From: Bdellovibrionales bacterium
GTDB lineage: Bacteria > Bdellovibrionota > Bdellovibrionia > Bdellovibrionales > JAUICD01
Assembly: GCA_965197425.1 (NCBI GenBank)
Contig: CBDANC010000015.1
Span: forward strand, 64,001-128,000
DNA: 64,000 nt
Reading direction: 5' to 3'
Shown: positions 36,595 to 47,146 of the stretch, piece by piece
Layout: the number at the start of each line of letters is the position of its first letter
Position numbering within the stretch: the stretch's first letter is position 1
Notes under the pieces: model-generated
Database searches by the model: none
What the model saw: only the letters and a program-made list of their open reading frames with translations
Told to the model about the DNA's origin: nothing
Made by a program: the position numbers and the translations under genes

Positions 36595-37242
36595 TTAAAA
36601 TTCTTTTATACTAACAGTCATACCTTCTGTTGTGGGTAGTATAATGGAAGTATACTTTTCAGTGTCACTTAGTGTTTTGTTAAATTCTCTCATAACTTCC
36701 CAAGCTTGTTTAGATACATCTTTTGTTGGGTTATCTAAATATATATTCTCAAATAGATAAGTATTGTCCCCAATGATTAGGCCACCTTTTCTGATATACT
36801 TAGAGGCCCAATTCAAGTAATCCATGTATCCTCCCTTATCAGCATCAATAAATATTGCATCAAAAGGAGCAGAGCTTTTTAACAAGTTCAAACTATCTAA
36901 AGCATCTCCAGTCATTACTTCACAATTATTAAAACCAGATAAAGCTTTTTTGGCTAAACTTGCATGCTCAGGCTCTTGTTCAAGAGTCCATAATTTCCCA
37001 TCACTTCCCAATGCTCTTGCAATCCAAAGTGCAGAATATCCAGTAAATGTTCCAACTTCTATAACTTTTTTAGCGTTAATCATTTTCAAAAGTAATTCTA
37101 GAATTTTTCCTTCAACAAAAGAGATAGACATTTCTGGATGAATTTTTTCTGCGCTTTTTTTAGCAAAGTTAAAACTGTCATTTTCAATATTAAAAAGCTG
37201 TTTTAGGTACTTTGTTTTTGGTGAGGTTGCACTTTGTCTCAT
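36595..37242 (-). CDS. O-methyltransferase (Methyltransf_3 family)
   Basis: EVGTFTGYSA, FDAIFIDADK, GGLIIGDN. Confidence 0.92.
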   Translation of the reverse strand: MRQSATSPKTKYLKQLFNIENDSFNFAKKSAEKIHPEMSISFVEGKILELLLKMINAKKVIEVGTFTGYSALWIARALGSDGKLWTLEQEPEHASLAKKALSGFNNCEVMTGDALDSLNLLKSSAPFDAIFIDADKGGYMDYLNWASKYIRKGGLIIGDNTYLFENIYLDNPTKDVSKQAWEVMREFNKTLSDTEKYTSIILPTTEGMTVSIKEF

Positions 37243-37253
37243 TAAACTTCTCC

Positions 37254-39875
37254 TTAGATATTATCCTTTATGTATTTGCTTACAACTTCTTCACATTTAG
37301 TTAGTTTATTTATATCCAATACAAAACCTTGGGCTAAATTAGACCTACCACCTCCGCTGCCACCAGCAATTTTTGTTATAGTGTTTAAAATGTCACCAGC
37401 GTTTAATTTTAAATCTTTTGATACATTAACTATCAAAGGTGATTTTTTATCTTCTCCTACAACTACAACTACTCCTGAAGTGATTTTGTTTTTCAGTTTT
37501 TCTAGTGTGAGCATCAAATATTTTCTGTCATTTGATTTTATATGTACTAATAAAAACTTGTGATCTTTTATAGATTGAGCTTTTTTTACATATTGTTCTA
37601 TTTCGATTTTAGGTCTACTTGATATTTTTATTTTTTTCTTTAAATCTTTTTCCAGGGTTTTTTGCTGTTCTATCCAAGCTGGCATGACAAAATTGTTATT
37701 TTTGTAATCTTGCCAGCTATACTGAACTTGAGCTTTGTTTTTGCTCAAAATATTTTCTCTCGTGTTTTTAAGTAAAAACTTTGTACCTTCAATCCCTGCT
37801 ACTGCTTCTATTCTCCTAACGCCTGACTTTATACTACCTTCAGATACAATTTTAAAAACTTGAATACTAGAAGTGTTTTTAACATGTGTGCCTCCACACA
37901 ATTCAAATGAAACATCTCCCATTTTTATTGTTCTAACCACATCTCCATATTTTTCACCAAACATTCCAATGGCACCCTTTTTAATAGCTGTGTTATATTT
38001 CATTGTCTCATGTACAACATCTATTCCTTCAGAGACAATTTGGTTTATTTCATTTTCCATCAACATGATTTCCTCTTGGGTTACTTGTTTATCATGAGTA
38101 AAATCAAATCTTAATTTTTCATTAGTTACCTGACTACCAGCTTGCTTTATATGATTGCCCAAAACATTCTTTAATGCTGAGTTTAGCAAATGTGTAGCAG
38201 AATGATTATTTGCAGTTTGTTGTCTTGTGAGCTCATCTACTGCTAAATCAATTTTGGATCCAACCTTTATTGATTTACCTTCATTTACTTTTACCACATG
38301 AATAAAAACTCCTTTTCTTTTTATACAATCTTGTACTTGTGCAAGATCTAAAATTTCACCTCTATCTCCTATCTGCCCGCCGCTCTCAGCGTAAAAGGGA
38401 GTTTTGTCTAGGATTAAAAAACCTATTTGATTAGAGTCAAGCTTGTCCACTAATTTTTTAGTGTCAGAAATTGCTAACACCTTACCTTTGCATTTTAAGT
38501 GTTCGTATCCTACAAATTCAGTTTCTTTGTGTGCACCTATAAATTCCATAATATGTGTTTCATCTTTATTTATATGTTGCCCTGTCCAAGTTGATTTGGA
38601 AATCTTTTTGGCCTTAGACATATGCTCTAAAAACGATTTTTCGTTCACGGTAAATCCTTTTTCATTAGCAATAATTTTTGTTAAATCTATAGGGAAGCCA
38701 TATGTGTCATATAACTTAAAAGCAATTGAACCATCTAAAGTTTTACCTGGTGATTTTTCTAGAGCTTTGTTTAATAGCTCTTCTCCTTGCTCCAAAGTTT
38801 GAATAAACTTTCCTTCTTCATTTTTTGTAGCTCTCAATACCAAGGCTTTGTTTTTGTCCAGTTCTGGGTAAACACTGCTCATGTTAGAAATAACTTCATT
38901 TGCTAAGCTAGATAGTAAGTTGGTGTGGTTTGATAATTTTCTAGAATATCTGATGGCTCTTCTAATAATTCTTCTAAGTACATATCCTCTACCATCATTG
39001 GATGGCATAACTCCATCTGCTATCAGAAATGATATTGCTCTTGCATGATCTGCTAAGACTCTCATTGCTACTATAGTTTCATTATCTCTTCTATAGGATA
39101 TGCCAGTTATACTAGACAACTTATCTATTAGATATAAAAACAAATCTGTCTCAAAGTTTACATTTGTATTTTGCATAACAGCAGTTAGTCTTTCTAGACC
39201 AGCTCCTGTATCAACACATGGCTTTGGGATCTTAGTTCTTGAGTTTTCAGATTCATGAAACTGCATAAACACCAAGTTCCATATCTCCACAAAGCGATCT
39301 GTATTATCATCATTTATATTTTTAGCCTCCCCCTTTTCTGGATAATGATCGTAGTATACTTCACTGCAAGGTCCACAAGGGCCTGTATTACCCATCCTCC
39401 AAAAATTGTCTTTCTCACCAAATTTAAAAATTCTACTTGTAGGGATTTTTTCCTGCTTATGCCAAATATCAAATGATTCTTGATCATCTGTAAATACACT
39501 TATATACAATCTGTCTTTTTCTAACCCTAAAGTTTTGGTTAAGTAATCCCATGCATAAAAAATTGCGTCTTTCTTAAAATAATCTCCAAAGGAAAAATTG
39601 CCCAACATTTCAAAAAAAGTGTGGTGCCTTGCTGTATGACCTACATTCTCCAGATCATTGTGTTTTCCACCTGCACGTAGACATTTTTGATATGTGACCA
39701 CTTTATCTTCTTTAAGTTTTTCTAATCCTAAAAAAACATTTTTAAATTGATTCATTCCAGAATTTGTGAATAAAAGATCCCCACCATCAGGAACAAGAGA
39801 ACTACTTTTTAAATGTTTGTGATCATTTTTAGAAAAGTAGGATATAAAACTTTTTCTTACTTCATAACTCTTCAT
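37254..39875 (-). CDS. alaS: Alanine--tRNA ligase
   Basis: LLFTNSGMNQFK, HHTFFEMLGNFSFGDYFK, ELCGGTH, GGSGGGR. Confidence 0.98.
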   Translation of the reverse strand: MKSYEVRKSFISYFSKNDHKHLKSSSLVPDGGDLLFTNSGMNQFKNVFLGLEKLKEDKVVTYQKCLRAGGKHNDLENVGHTARHHTFFEMLGNFSFGDYFKKDAIFYAWDYLTKTLGLEKDRLYISVFTDDQESFDIWHKQEKIPTSRIFKFGEKDNFWRMGNTGPCGPCSEVYYDHYPEKGEAKNINDDNTDRFVEIWNLVFMQFHESENSRTKIPKPCVDTGAGLERLTAVMQNTNVNFETDLFLYLIDKLSSITGISYRRDNETIVAMRVLADHARAISFLIADGVMPSNDGRGYVLRRIIRRAIRYSRKLSNHTNLLSSLANEVISNMSSVYPELDKNKALVLRATKNEEGKFIQTLEQGEELLNKALEKSPGKTLDGSIAFKLYDTYGFPIDLTKIIANEKGFTVNEKSFLEHMSKAKKISKSTWTGQHINKDETHIMEFIGAHKETEFVGYEHLKCKGKVLAISDTKKLVDKLDSNQIGFLILDKTPFYAESGGQIGDRGEILDLAQVQDCIKRKGVFIHVVKVNEGKSIKVGSKIDLAVDELTRQQTANNHSATHLLNSALKNVLGNHIKQAGSQVTNEKLRFDFTHDKQVTQEEIMLMENEINQIVSEGIDVVHETMKYNTAIKKGAIGMFGEKYGDVVRTIKMGDVSFELCGGTHVKNTSSIQVFKIVSEGSIKSGVRRIEAVAGIEGTKFLLKNTRENILSKNKAQVQYSWQDYKNNNFVMPAWIEQQKTLEKDLKKKIKISSRPKIEIEQYVKKAQSIKDHKFLLVHIKSNDRKYLMLTLEKLKNKITSGVVVVVGEDKKSPLIVNVSKDLKLNAGDILNTITKIAGGSGGGRSNLAQGFVLDINKLTKCEEVVSKYIKDNI

Positions 39876-40302
39876 GTGCTATTCTTCTTGCTATGTTGCG
39901 ATCATACCCTTGTGAATATAAGAATCTAAAAATTTTGTGGATACTCCACTCGTTTAAGTTGGATTCTGATTTAGAAAACTTTCTTTTGACCAACTCTCTT
40001 GCCTTTGATAGCTCTAAATCTTCCTCAATTTTCACTTCAGGCAAACCTTTAGTAGATAGGTACTGATTTATGTATCTTCCGCCCTTGTACTTGGAGTTAA
40101 GTCTAGATGCCACCTTCCAGGACAGTTCTTTTGGGGGTATCAAGAATCCATGTTTATCCGCATGCTCTATTGCCTGTTCTACTTGTTCTAAAGAGAAGTG
40201 TTTGCCAAGCTTATCTCTTAGTTCTTTTACAGAGTGATCTCTTGTTGTCACATATCTTATCAATTTATCAAGTGCTTTATTTTTATCTGACATATTAGTC
40301 AT
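39862..40302 (-). CDS. recX: Regulatory protein RecX
   Basis: RDHSVKELRDKL, KGGRYINQYLSTKGL, RFLYSQGY; adjacent to alaS. Confidence 0.85.
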   Translation of the reverse strand: MTNMSDKNKALDKLIRYVTTRDHSVKELRDKLGKHFSLEQVEQAIEHADKHGFLIPPKELSWKVASRLNSKYKGGRYINQYLSTKGLPEVKIEEDLELSKARELVKRKFSKSESNLNEWSIHKIFRFLYSQGYDRNIARRIAHEEL

Positions 40303-40403
40303 TTTTATCTTTCCGATTAAGTAGTTACTATAATTTTCCCATAGTAGCAATACTTGATAATTATCTAAACACAAGTTTTATACTTTGTTTGATATTATAA
40401 AAG

Positions 40404-40880
40404 ATGTTAATAAAGCTTATGAAATTTGTGCGGCTTATTGTAACAGGTTTTTACTTGGGTTTTGCGCCTAAAGCTCCTGGAACAGTAGGCACTTTGCTCG
40501 GTATACCCTTGGTTATTTTGGCAGGACAGTTTGGAGACATATTTTATTTGTCCTTTGTTCTTTTGTTTATTATCGGTGCTATTTTTCTTGTTGAAATTTA
40601 CGAATCAAATTTAAGCACAGATGACTCCCCTGTAGTGGTAATTGATGAGGTGGCTGGTTTTTTGGTAAGCTTAAGTCTCATTCCTAAAAGTTGGGTTTAT
40701 ATAGTCATAGCATTTGTAATTTTTAGAACTTTAGATATCTTCAAGCCATTTCCTATATGTTATTTAGAAAGAAAGATAAAAGGTGGCATGGGCGTTGTGT
40801 TAGATGATGTATCTGCAGGATTAATAACCAATGCTTTCCTACAGATAATTTACCTAAATAACTTGTTTCTAATTAACTAG
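40404..40880 (+). CDS. pgpA: Phosphatidylglycerophosphatase A
   Basis: PKAPGTVGT, VVIDEVAG, FRTLDIFKPFPI, GVVLDD. Confidence 0.95.
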   Translation: MLIKLMKFVRLIVTGFYLGFAPKAPGTVGTLLGIPLVILAGQFGDIFYLSFVLLFIIGAIFLVEIYESNLSTDDSPVVVIDEVAGFLVSLSLIPKSWVYIVIAFVIFRTLDIFKPFPICYLERKIKGGMGVVLDDVSAGLITNAFLQIIYLNNLFLIN

Positions 40881-41050
40881 TTTTTAAAATAATTTCCTAT
40901 ATTCTGTAGGCGTTTTTCCCTTGTTTTAGATACTAAGGGCGTAAGACCTTATACTGAGCGTTAATTTTTCAGTCTGGTGTTAAAAAAGGTATTTTTAGTG
41001 GTGGGTTTATAGTAGGTATATGGCTAAATTAAGGATATATGGGAGGTGAC

Positions 41051-42094
41051 ATGCTTGAGACTAATCGTGCAGAAAGAAGGAAAGCTTTGGAAGTAGCCAT
41101 TGGTGCTATAGAAAAGCAATTTGGTAAAGGTTCTATAATGAAGCTGGGGGATAAAAAAAGCCCCTACCAGAACATTTCTACTATATCTACGGGTTCACTT
41201 TCGTTGGATATCGGGCTTGGTATTGGAGGAGTTCCAAGGGGCAGAATTGTTGAAATATATGGGCCTGAATCATCTGGTAAAACTACATTGGCCTTATCAA
41301 TAGTTGCTCAGTGCCAAAAGGCAGGGGGTACTGCTGCATTTGTGGATGCAGAACATGCTCTTGATCTTTCTTATGCAAAAAAAGTGGGTGTTAAAACCGA
41401 GGATATGCTTATTTCACAACCTGATACAGGAGAACAGGCTTTAGAGATAACTGAGACACTTGTCCGCTCTGGTGGTGTTGATATTTTAGTTATAGATTCT
41501 GTAGCAGCTTTAACTCCTAAAGCAGAGATAGAAGGTGAGATGGGTGATAGCCACATGGGTCTGCAGGCAAGGTTGATGTCACAGGCTTTAAGAAAGCTAA
41601 CTGCTGCAATTAACAGGTCTCATGCGACTGTAGTCTTTATAAATCAAATTAGAATGAAAATAGGCGTTATATTTGGAAATCCAGAAACTACCACAGGTGG
41701 TAATGCGCTGAAATTTTACTCTTCATTAAGGCTTGATGTTAGAAGATCGTCTGTCATAAAAGATGGTGATAGTATCAAGGGTTGTAAAACGACTGTTAAG
41801 GTTGTTAAAAACAAACTAGCACCACCGTTTGCAAAAGTAGAGTTTGATCTAATATACGGTGAAGGTATTTCACAAGAAGGTGATGTTTTAGACCTTTCTG
41901 TTTCCAAAAATTTAGTTCAAAAATCTGGTGCATGGTATAGCTATGAAGGGAACAAAATTGCTCAAGGCAGAGAGGCTGCTAAAGCTTATTTAAAAGAACA
42001 TCCTAATGTACTAAAGGTTTTAAAAAATAAATTGCTTATAATGCATGGAATACAATCTGTAGACGGTAGAAAAGCACCTACAAAAGAAAGATAG
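41051..42094 (+). CDS. recA: Recombinase RecA
   Basis: [39 protein letters not shown] before ATG 41051. Confidence 0.99.
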   Translation: MLETNRAERRKALEVAIGAIEKQFGKGSIMKLGDKKSPYQNISTISTGSLSLDIGLGIGGVPRGRIVEIYGPESSGKTTLALSIVAQCQKAGGTAAFVDAEHALDLSYAKKVGVKTEDMLISQPDTGEQALEITETLVRSGGVDILVIDSVAALTPKAEIEGEMGDSHMGLQARLMSQALRKLTAAINRSHATVVFINQIRMKIGVIFGNPETTTGGNALKFYSSLRLDVRRSSVIKDGDSIKGCKTTVKVVKNKLAPPFAKVEFDLIYGEGISQEGDVLDLSVSKNLVQKSGAWYSYEGNKIAQGREAAKAYLKEHPNVLKVLKNKLLIMHGIQSVDGRKAPTKER

Positions 42095-42129
42095 TAGAGC
42101 TTAAAGCAACGTACTGGGTTGGTCGGGGG

Positions 42130-42246
42130 TTAGTGTTGGTGCTCACCTTTGAGGATGAGTTTGATGACATGTGTATGACCGGGCAACCACCAGGCTTTGA
42201 AAGCAGACAGAGTCTTCTTATTTTTTGCCTCGTTAGGAAAACCTTT
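42130..42246 (-). repeat. Modular repeat family unit
   Basis: Reverse complement AAAGGTTTTCCTAACGAGGCAAAAAA...TTTCAAAGCCTGGTGGTTGCCC matches 15421-15484; it continues into the module shared with 27233-27253. Confidence 0.9.
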
Positions 42247-42262
42247 AAACTCAGTGTTGATT

Positions 42263-43153
42263 ATGCTTATTGCTATTTCCGGTGCTAGTGGTTTTATTGG
42301 GGCTAGGTTAAAACAGCACCTGGTTGATTGTGGGTTTTCGGTTCTTTCCATTGTAAGAACGCCTCCTAAAGATCGAGAAGTTTTTTTTGATCCTTATAAA
42401 GATTATTTAGACACAGACAGTCTCGAAGGTATAGATGCTCTGATAAATCTCTCTGGAGCTTCTATCGCCACTCGTTGGAGTAAAAAAAATAAAGAAATTT
42501 TAAGAACCAGCAGAATCAAAAGCACCAACACTTTAGTGAATTCAGTGCTAAAACTTAAAAAACCGCCACAAGTGTTTATTGGGGCAAGTGCGGTCGGTAT
42601 ATATGGTAATAGAGGATCAGAAATTCTCTCAGAAGAGAGCAACATTAATAAAGAAGATTTTTTATCAAAACTCTGCATAGATTGGGAACGTGCTAGTAAC
42701 AGGTTAACTGAAACAAAATGTCGCGTTGTAAATTTAAGATTAGGTCTTGTGTTAGATATAAAAGGTGGAATGCTAAAAAAATTAATACCAATGTTTAAAT
42801 TAGGTCTGGGAGCTACAATAGGGCCTGGAACTCAATACATGAGCTGGATTTGTATAAAAGATCTTTTGTGTTTAATAGAATTTATTTTGAAAAACCAAAA
42901 CATATCAGGTGCTATAAATGCATGTAGCCCGAACGCTGTCACAAATGAGGAGTTTTCAAAAGAAGTAGCAAGCGCACTCAAAAGACCTTGTTTTTTTACT
43001 ATACCAAAATCTTTTATACAATTAATGATGGGTGAAATGGGAAACATTTTGATAACAGGACAAAGAGCAGAGCCAAAAAAAGCAATGAATTTTGGATTTA
43101 AATTCAAATACCCTTTGGTTAAAGAGTGCTTAGAAACACTATTCCATACATAG
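42263..43153 (+). CDS. TIGR01777-family NAD-dependent epimerase/oxidoreductase
   Basis: ISGASGFIG, INLSGA, SAVGIYG, G.GTQYMSWI; start moved to ATG 42263. Confidence 0.92.
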   Translation: MLIAISGASGFIGARLKQHLVDCGFSVLSIVRTPPKDREVFFDPYKDYLDTDSLEGIDALINLSGASIATRWSKKNKEILRTSRIKSTNTLVNSVLKLKKPPQVFIGASAVGIYGNRGSEILSEESNINKEDFLSKLCIDWERASNRLTETKCRVVNLRLGLVLDIKGGMLKKLIPMFKLGLGATIGPGTQYMSWICIKDLLCLIEFILKNQNISGAINACSPNAVTNEEFSKEVASALKRPCFFTIPKSFIQLMMGEMGNILITGQRAEPKKAMNFGFKFKYPLVKECLETLFHT

Positions 43154-43184
43154 TGTATTTTTAGAGACTAACGTTGATAGTTTT

Positions 43185-43784
43185 CTATAGTAGCTCAAAG
43201 TTAATTTTAGAATTTTGTGCAATGGCAATTGGATAATGTTGTGGTAAAAACCAAGACAATGCTTTTAATATTCCAGCATGTTCGGACCTAGGCGGGTTAC
43301 CTAATGAAGAAGCACAAAAACACAGATCAAATTGTTTTTTTTGATTTTTTATAGTTGTAAACTTAACTTGATATACACCTTGATCCAGGAAAAATTGTTT
43401 TAAAATAGATCTTACATAATTTGGTAACTTTGGTTTTTGATTTGCATTTATAACTGAGGTCAAAAAATGGTTGGTTTCTTTAAAATTCCATATCATGCCA
43501 TAAGTAAAAATAAAGTCAGGGAAATGTTTTTGTGGATTAACAACGATACCTACTCCTTTATCATATGCCCAGTTAAGTAATTTTATTGTAGTTTCTTTAG
43601 AGTTCTTGTTGGTTGAGACAAGCATATAGCACATTCCATCAGAACCTTGCCTGGGAAGATTATCATCGACATCTATAAAAATTTTTGGAAAAATATTTAA
43701 AAATGTATTTTCCCATTCCAAGTCTCTGTCTTTATCTTTTATATCTAGGTGTTTTAAAAATTCACTTTGCAACATGTAAGGCAA
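43185..43784 (-). CDS. Hypothetical protein
   Basis: 199-aa ORF filling the gap between neighbouring genes; no motif recognised. Confidence 0.7.
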   Translation of the reverse strand: MPYMLQSEFLKHLDIKDKDRDLEWENTFLNIFPKIFIDVDDNLPRQGSDGMCYMLVSTNKNSKETTIKLLNWAYDKGVGIVVNPQKHFPDFIFTYGMIWNFKETNHFLTSVINANQKPKLPNYVRSILKQFFLDQGVYQVKFTTIKNQKKQFDLCFCASSLGNPPRSEHAGILKALSWFLPQHYPIAIAQNSKINFELL

Positions 43785-43826
43785 AATAAAAGCCTTATCT
43801 TTAAAACAGTCAAGTATAAATAAGTT

Positions 43827-44213
43827 TTAAACTACTTCATCGGTACTGGGTAGTAGGTCAAATAAACACTCTTTAAAATAATTAGAATATTTATTTCCAA
43901 AATTTACATTTAAAGCAAACATGCCATTTCCAAGCATAATAGTTTGTACCACATAGCCACTGATATCTAGGTTCATAGGTTCCAAAGTTAAGGTTATGGA
44001 TTTTCCTTCTAAAGGAGTTAAATTTATATGTCTTCTAAGTTCTATCCATTTCAAATCTACCCTGTCGATGTGTACCAAAAAACTGTCATTAGAGGCGTTA
44101 ACCAAGACAGCGCTATTTGCTATCAAATTAGGAGGGTTAACAGTTCTAACAGATATAACCTTTACACCCACTACATCCTTCACCAAGTTTTTCTTTGAGG
44201 CACCAACTGACAT
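43827..44213 (-). CDS. Hypothetical protein, possibly PilZ-like beta-barrel
   Basis: 128 aa; LVNASNDSF resembles the PilZ D/NxSxxG motif only weakly; GGGG RBS. Confidence 0.65.
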   Translation of the reverse strand: MSVGASKKNLVKDVVGVKVISVRTVNPPNLIANSAVLVNASNDSFLVHIDRVDLKWIELRRHINLTPLEGKSITLTLEPMNLDISGYVVQTIMLGNGMFALNVNFGNKYSNYFKECLFDLLPSTDEVV

Positions 44214-44230
44214 AAAACCCCTTTATAAAA

Positions 44231-44258
44231 TACTCGGATACACCTAGCCTAAAGTTTA
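44231..44258 (-). promoter_or_regulatory. Putative sigma-28 (FliA) promoter
   Basis: TAAA-N16-TCCGAGTA just upstream of 44213. Confidence 0.45.
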
Positions 44259-44389
44259 GGCCTATAATAAAGATATTCTGATGGTGTTTTAGTACAAAAC
44301 AATAGTTGTTGATTATTTATACGATTCGTTTTTTTTGGATCACTTAATGTGTATCAAAATTAATAACATGTATCAAAAATTGACTCAAT

Positions 44390-44481
44390 AAGGTCTTCCA
44401 AACAAGGCAAAAAATAAGGAAGCTATGCTTACTTATTTTTGCCGAGTGGTTGTTTCCTGGCGGACCTCACAACCGATCTCC
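44390..44481 (+). repeat. Modular repeat family, minimal single unit
   Basis: AAGGTCTTCCAAACAAGGCAAAAAATAAG-GAAGC-TAT-GCTT-ACTTATTTTTGCC-GAGTGGTTGTTTCCTGGCGGACCTCACAACCGATCTCC. Confidence 0.92.
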
Positions 44482-44505
44482 TTCCCACAAAGTGTTATTC
44501 AAAAG

Positions 44506-45882
44506 CTAGTTTTGTCTAGCTATAGAATTTACATCTAAACAGGCCTCTCTTATAACCTCAGTTAGTGTAGGATGAGAGTGGAAGCTTCTGGCCACATCCT
44601 CACTGCTTGCTGAAAATTCCATTGCAATAACAACTTCTGATAGTATATCAGAAGCTCTGGGTCCTACTATGTGACATCCTAAAATTTTATCGCTTTTCTC
44701 TTCAGATAAAATTTTAACAAAGCCATGAGTATCACCCATTGCCTTTGCTCTACCATTTGCTCTAAACAAAAACTTTCCTTTTTTATAGGTTATATTTTTT
44801 TCTTTTAATTGCTCTTCAGTATATCCAACACAAGCAACTTCTGGATGTGTGTATATAACACTTGGTAATGTTAAATAGTTCACAAATCCTGTACCACTAG
44901 CAACTATTTCTGCTACAGCAACACCTTCTTCTTCTGCTTTGTGAGCTAACATAGCTCCATCTATAACATCACCTATTGCATATATACCAGGGACTGAGGT
45001 TTGAAACTTATCATTAATTACAATAGTCCCTCTATCGGATAAATTAATATTTATATTCTCTAAACCAAGGCCTGCCGTGTATGCCTTTCTACCAACAGCT
45101 ACAAGACAGATATCACCCGATACAGTGTTATCATCCAAGCTTAACTTAACACCATCTGCATTAATTTCTCCCGACTGCACTTTTGAATTTAAAAGTATTT
45201 TTATGCCTTGAGAGGTCAAGATTTTTTGTAACTCAGAACTCACCTCTTTATCCATATTTCCACAAATTTTATCCATGGCCTCTATAACTGTTACTTGAGC
45301 TCCAAGCCTTTTCCATACAGAACCTAGTTCTAAACCTATTGCACCTCCACCTATTACCATTAAGTGATTTGGCACTGATCCCAAGGTTAGACCTTGTGTG
45401 GAGTGTATAACTTTTTCGTAATCAAATTTTAAAAAGGGGAGTTCAATAGGAATACTGCCAGACGCAATTACTATAGTCTCCGTTTCAACTAATTCATTTA
45501 AATTTTCATTTACAACAGAAACCATGTTTGGAGTTTTGATCTCACCAGTTCCATGAAATACTTTGATCTTATTTTTTTTCATCAAGTATTTAACGCCAGA
45601 AGTAAGTTCTGAAACGATACTATCTTTTCTTTTCATCATATTTGGTAAATTGAGCTTAAACTGGCCGTCTATTCCATGCTTAACTGCATCTTTTGACATC
45701 ATAAAAGCATAGTGTTCTGACGAATCTAAAAGAGCTTTACTAGGTATGCAGCCCACATTTAAACATGTGCCGCCTAAATTATTAGATTTATCTATTAAAG
45801 CTACTTTTAAACCAAGTTGTGCAGCCTTGATTGCTCCAGTATACCCACCAGGACCACCACCTATAAATGTTATATCAAACAT
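44506..45882 (-). CDS. lpdA: Dihydrolipoyl dehydrogenase
   Basis: GGGPGGY, GGTCLNVGCIPSK, HSHPTLTE. Confidence 0.97.
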   Translation of the reverse strand: MFDITFIGGGPGGYTGAIKAAQLGLKVALIDKSNNLGGTCLNVGCIPSKALLDSSEHYAFMMSKDAVKHGIDGQFKLNLPNMMKRKDSIVSELTSGVKYLMKKNKIKVFHGTGEIKTPNMVSVVNENLNELVETETIVIASGSIPIELPFLKFDYEKVIHSTQGLTLGSVPNHLMVIGGGAIGLELGSVWKRLGAQVTVIEAMDKICGNMDKEVSSELQKILTSQGIKILLNSKVQSGEINADGVKLSLDDNTVSGDICLVAVGRKAYTAGLGLENININLSDRGTIVINDKFQTSVPGIYAIGDVIDGAMLAHKAEEEGVAVAEIVASGTGFVNYLTLPSVIYTHPEVACVGYTEEQLKEKNITYKKGKFLFRANGRAKAMGDTHGFVKILSEEKSDKILGCHIVGPRASDILSEVVIAMEFSASSEDVARSFHSHPTLTEVIREACLDVNSIARQN

Positions 45883-45899
45883 AATCCCTCACTAAAAAC

Positions 45900-47129
45900 T
45901 TAAATATTTAAAAGAAGCCTTTGAGGATCTTCTATGGATTGTTTTATATTAACCAAAAATCCAACAGCGTCTCTACCATCAACAATTCTATGATCATAAG
46001 ATAGCGCCAGGAACATCATTTTGCGAGCCTCAATTTTAGAATTCACAACAACAGGTCTTTCAATTATAGAATGCATTCCCAAAATACCACTTTGAGGAGC
46101 ATTGAGTATTGGAGTTGACAACATAGAGCCAAAAACGCCACCGTTAGTGATAGTAAATGTACCTCCACTTAAATCATTCAACGCTATTTTTTTATTTCTA
46201 GCCTTTTCGACAAAATCTTTTATTGCCAGCTCAAGTTCTGCTAAAGTCATTTGATCCGCATCTTTAATAACAGGTACCAATAATCCATTGTCAGTGCTAA
46301 CTGCAACTCCTATGTTGTAATAGTTGTTATAGACAATGTTGTTATCTTCCACAAACGCATTAACTACAGGAAAACTCTTTAAACTTTCAATACTAGCTTT
46401 TATAAATACACTCATTAATCCCAGCTTAATGCCGTGTTTTCTAATAAACTCATCTTGATATTTAGATCTTAACGACATAAGAACAGTTAAGTCTGCCTCA
46501 TTGAAGGTAGTAAGTATTGCAGCAGTTTGTTGAACACCTTTTAATCTAGTGGCAATTGTTTTTCTTATAGAAGACATAGGTTTTATAACCTTTCTTTCTG
46601 AAGATTTTTGGTTTGGTTCTACAGAAGGTTTTGGTTTGTCATTTAAATCTTCTTTTAATACACGGCCGGCCTTACCACTTCCCTTAATAGAATCTATATC
46701 TATGTTTTTCGATAAAACTCCATGCCTTACTGCAGGAGATAAGTTTTGAAGATTCGATCTAGAAGCCTCTGTAGTACTATTTGGTTTTGAAATTGTTGAT
46801 TTTGAAGTTTTTGATGTAGTAGCAGATTTTGTGTTGTTATTATTTTCTACTTTTGTTTTAGCTTCTTGATTCAAATTTTTTGGTTTCGCAACTGAGCTAT
46901 CAATGGTTCCAACTATATCTCCTACCGCAACTGTTTCACCAGGTTGTTTTAATATCTTCAACTGTCCACTTACATCTGCTGCAACTTCAACAGAAGCTTT
47001 TTCGGTATCAATGCATAAAACATCTTGACCTTTCTTAACAAAATCGCCTTCTTTTTTTAACCATTCTCCTACAGTAACTTCCGTTATAGATTCACCTACA
47101 GATGGGATAACTATATTTACTACACTCAT
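45900..47129 (-). CDS. sucB: 2-oxoglutarate dehydrogenase E2
   Basis: Lipoyl domain ([15 protein letters not shown]), [27 protein letters not shown]. Confidence 0.96.
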   Translation of the reverse strand: MSVVNIVIPSVGESITEVTVGEWLKKEGDFVKKGQDVLCIDTEKASVEVAADVSGQLKILKQPGETVAVGDIVGTIDSSVAKPKNLNQEAKTKVENNNNTKSATTSKTSKSTISKPNSTTEASRSNLQNLSPAVRHGVLSKNIDIDSIKGSGKAGRVLKEDLNDKPKPSVEPNQKSSERKVIKPMSSIRKTIATRLKGVQQTAAILTTFNEADLTVLMSLRSKYQDEFIRKHGIKLGLMSVFIKASIESLKSFPVVNAFVEDNNIVYNNYYNIGVAVSTDNGLLVPVIKDADQMTLAELELAIKDFVEKARNKKIALNDLSGGTFTITNGGVFGSMLSTPILNAPQSGILGMHSIIERPVVVNSKIEARKMMFLALSYDHRIVDGRDAVGFLVNIKQSIEDPQRLLLNI

Positions 47130-47146
47130 TGCTTAGTCCTCGTTTC

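Noticed and set aside
40951..40975. LexA box upstream of recA
   Set aside because: CTG and CAG are separated by 13 nt rather than the canonical 10
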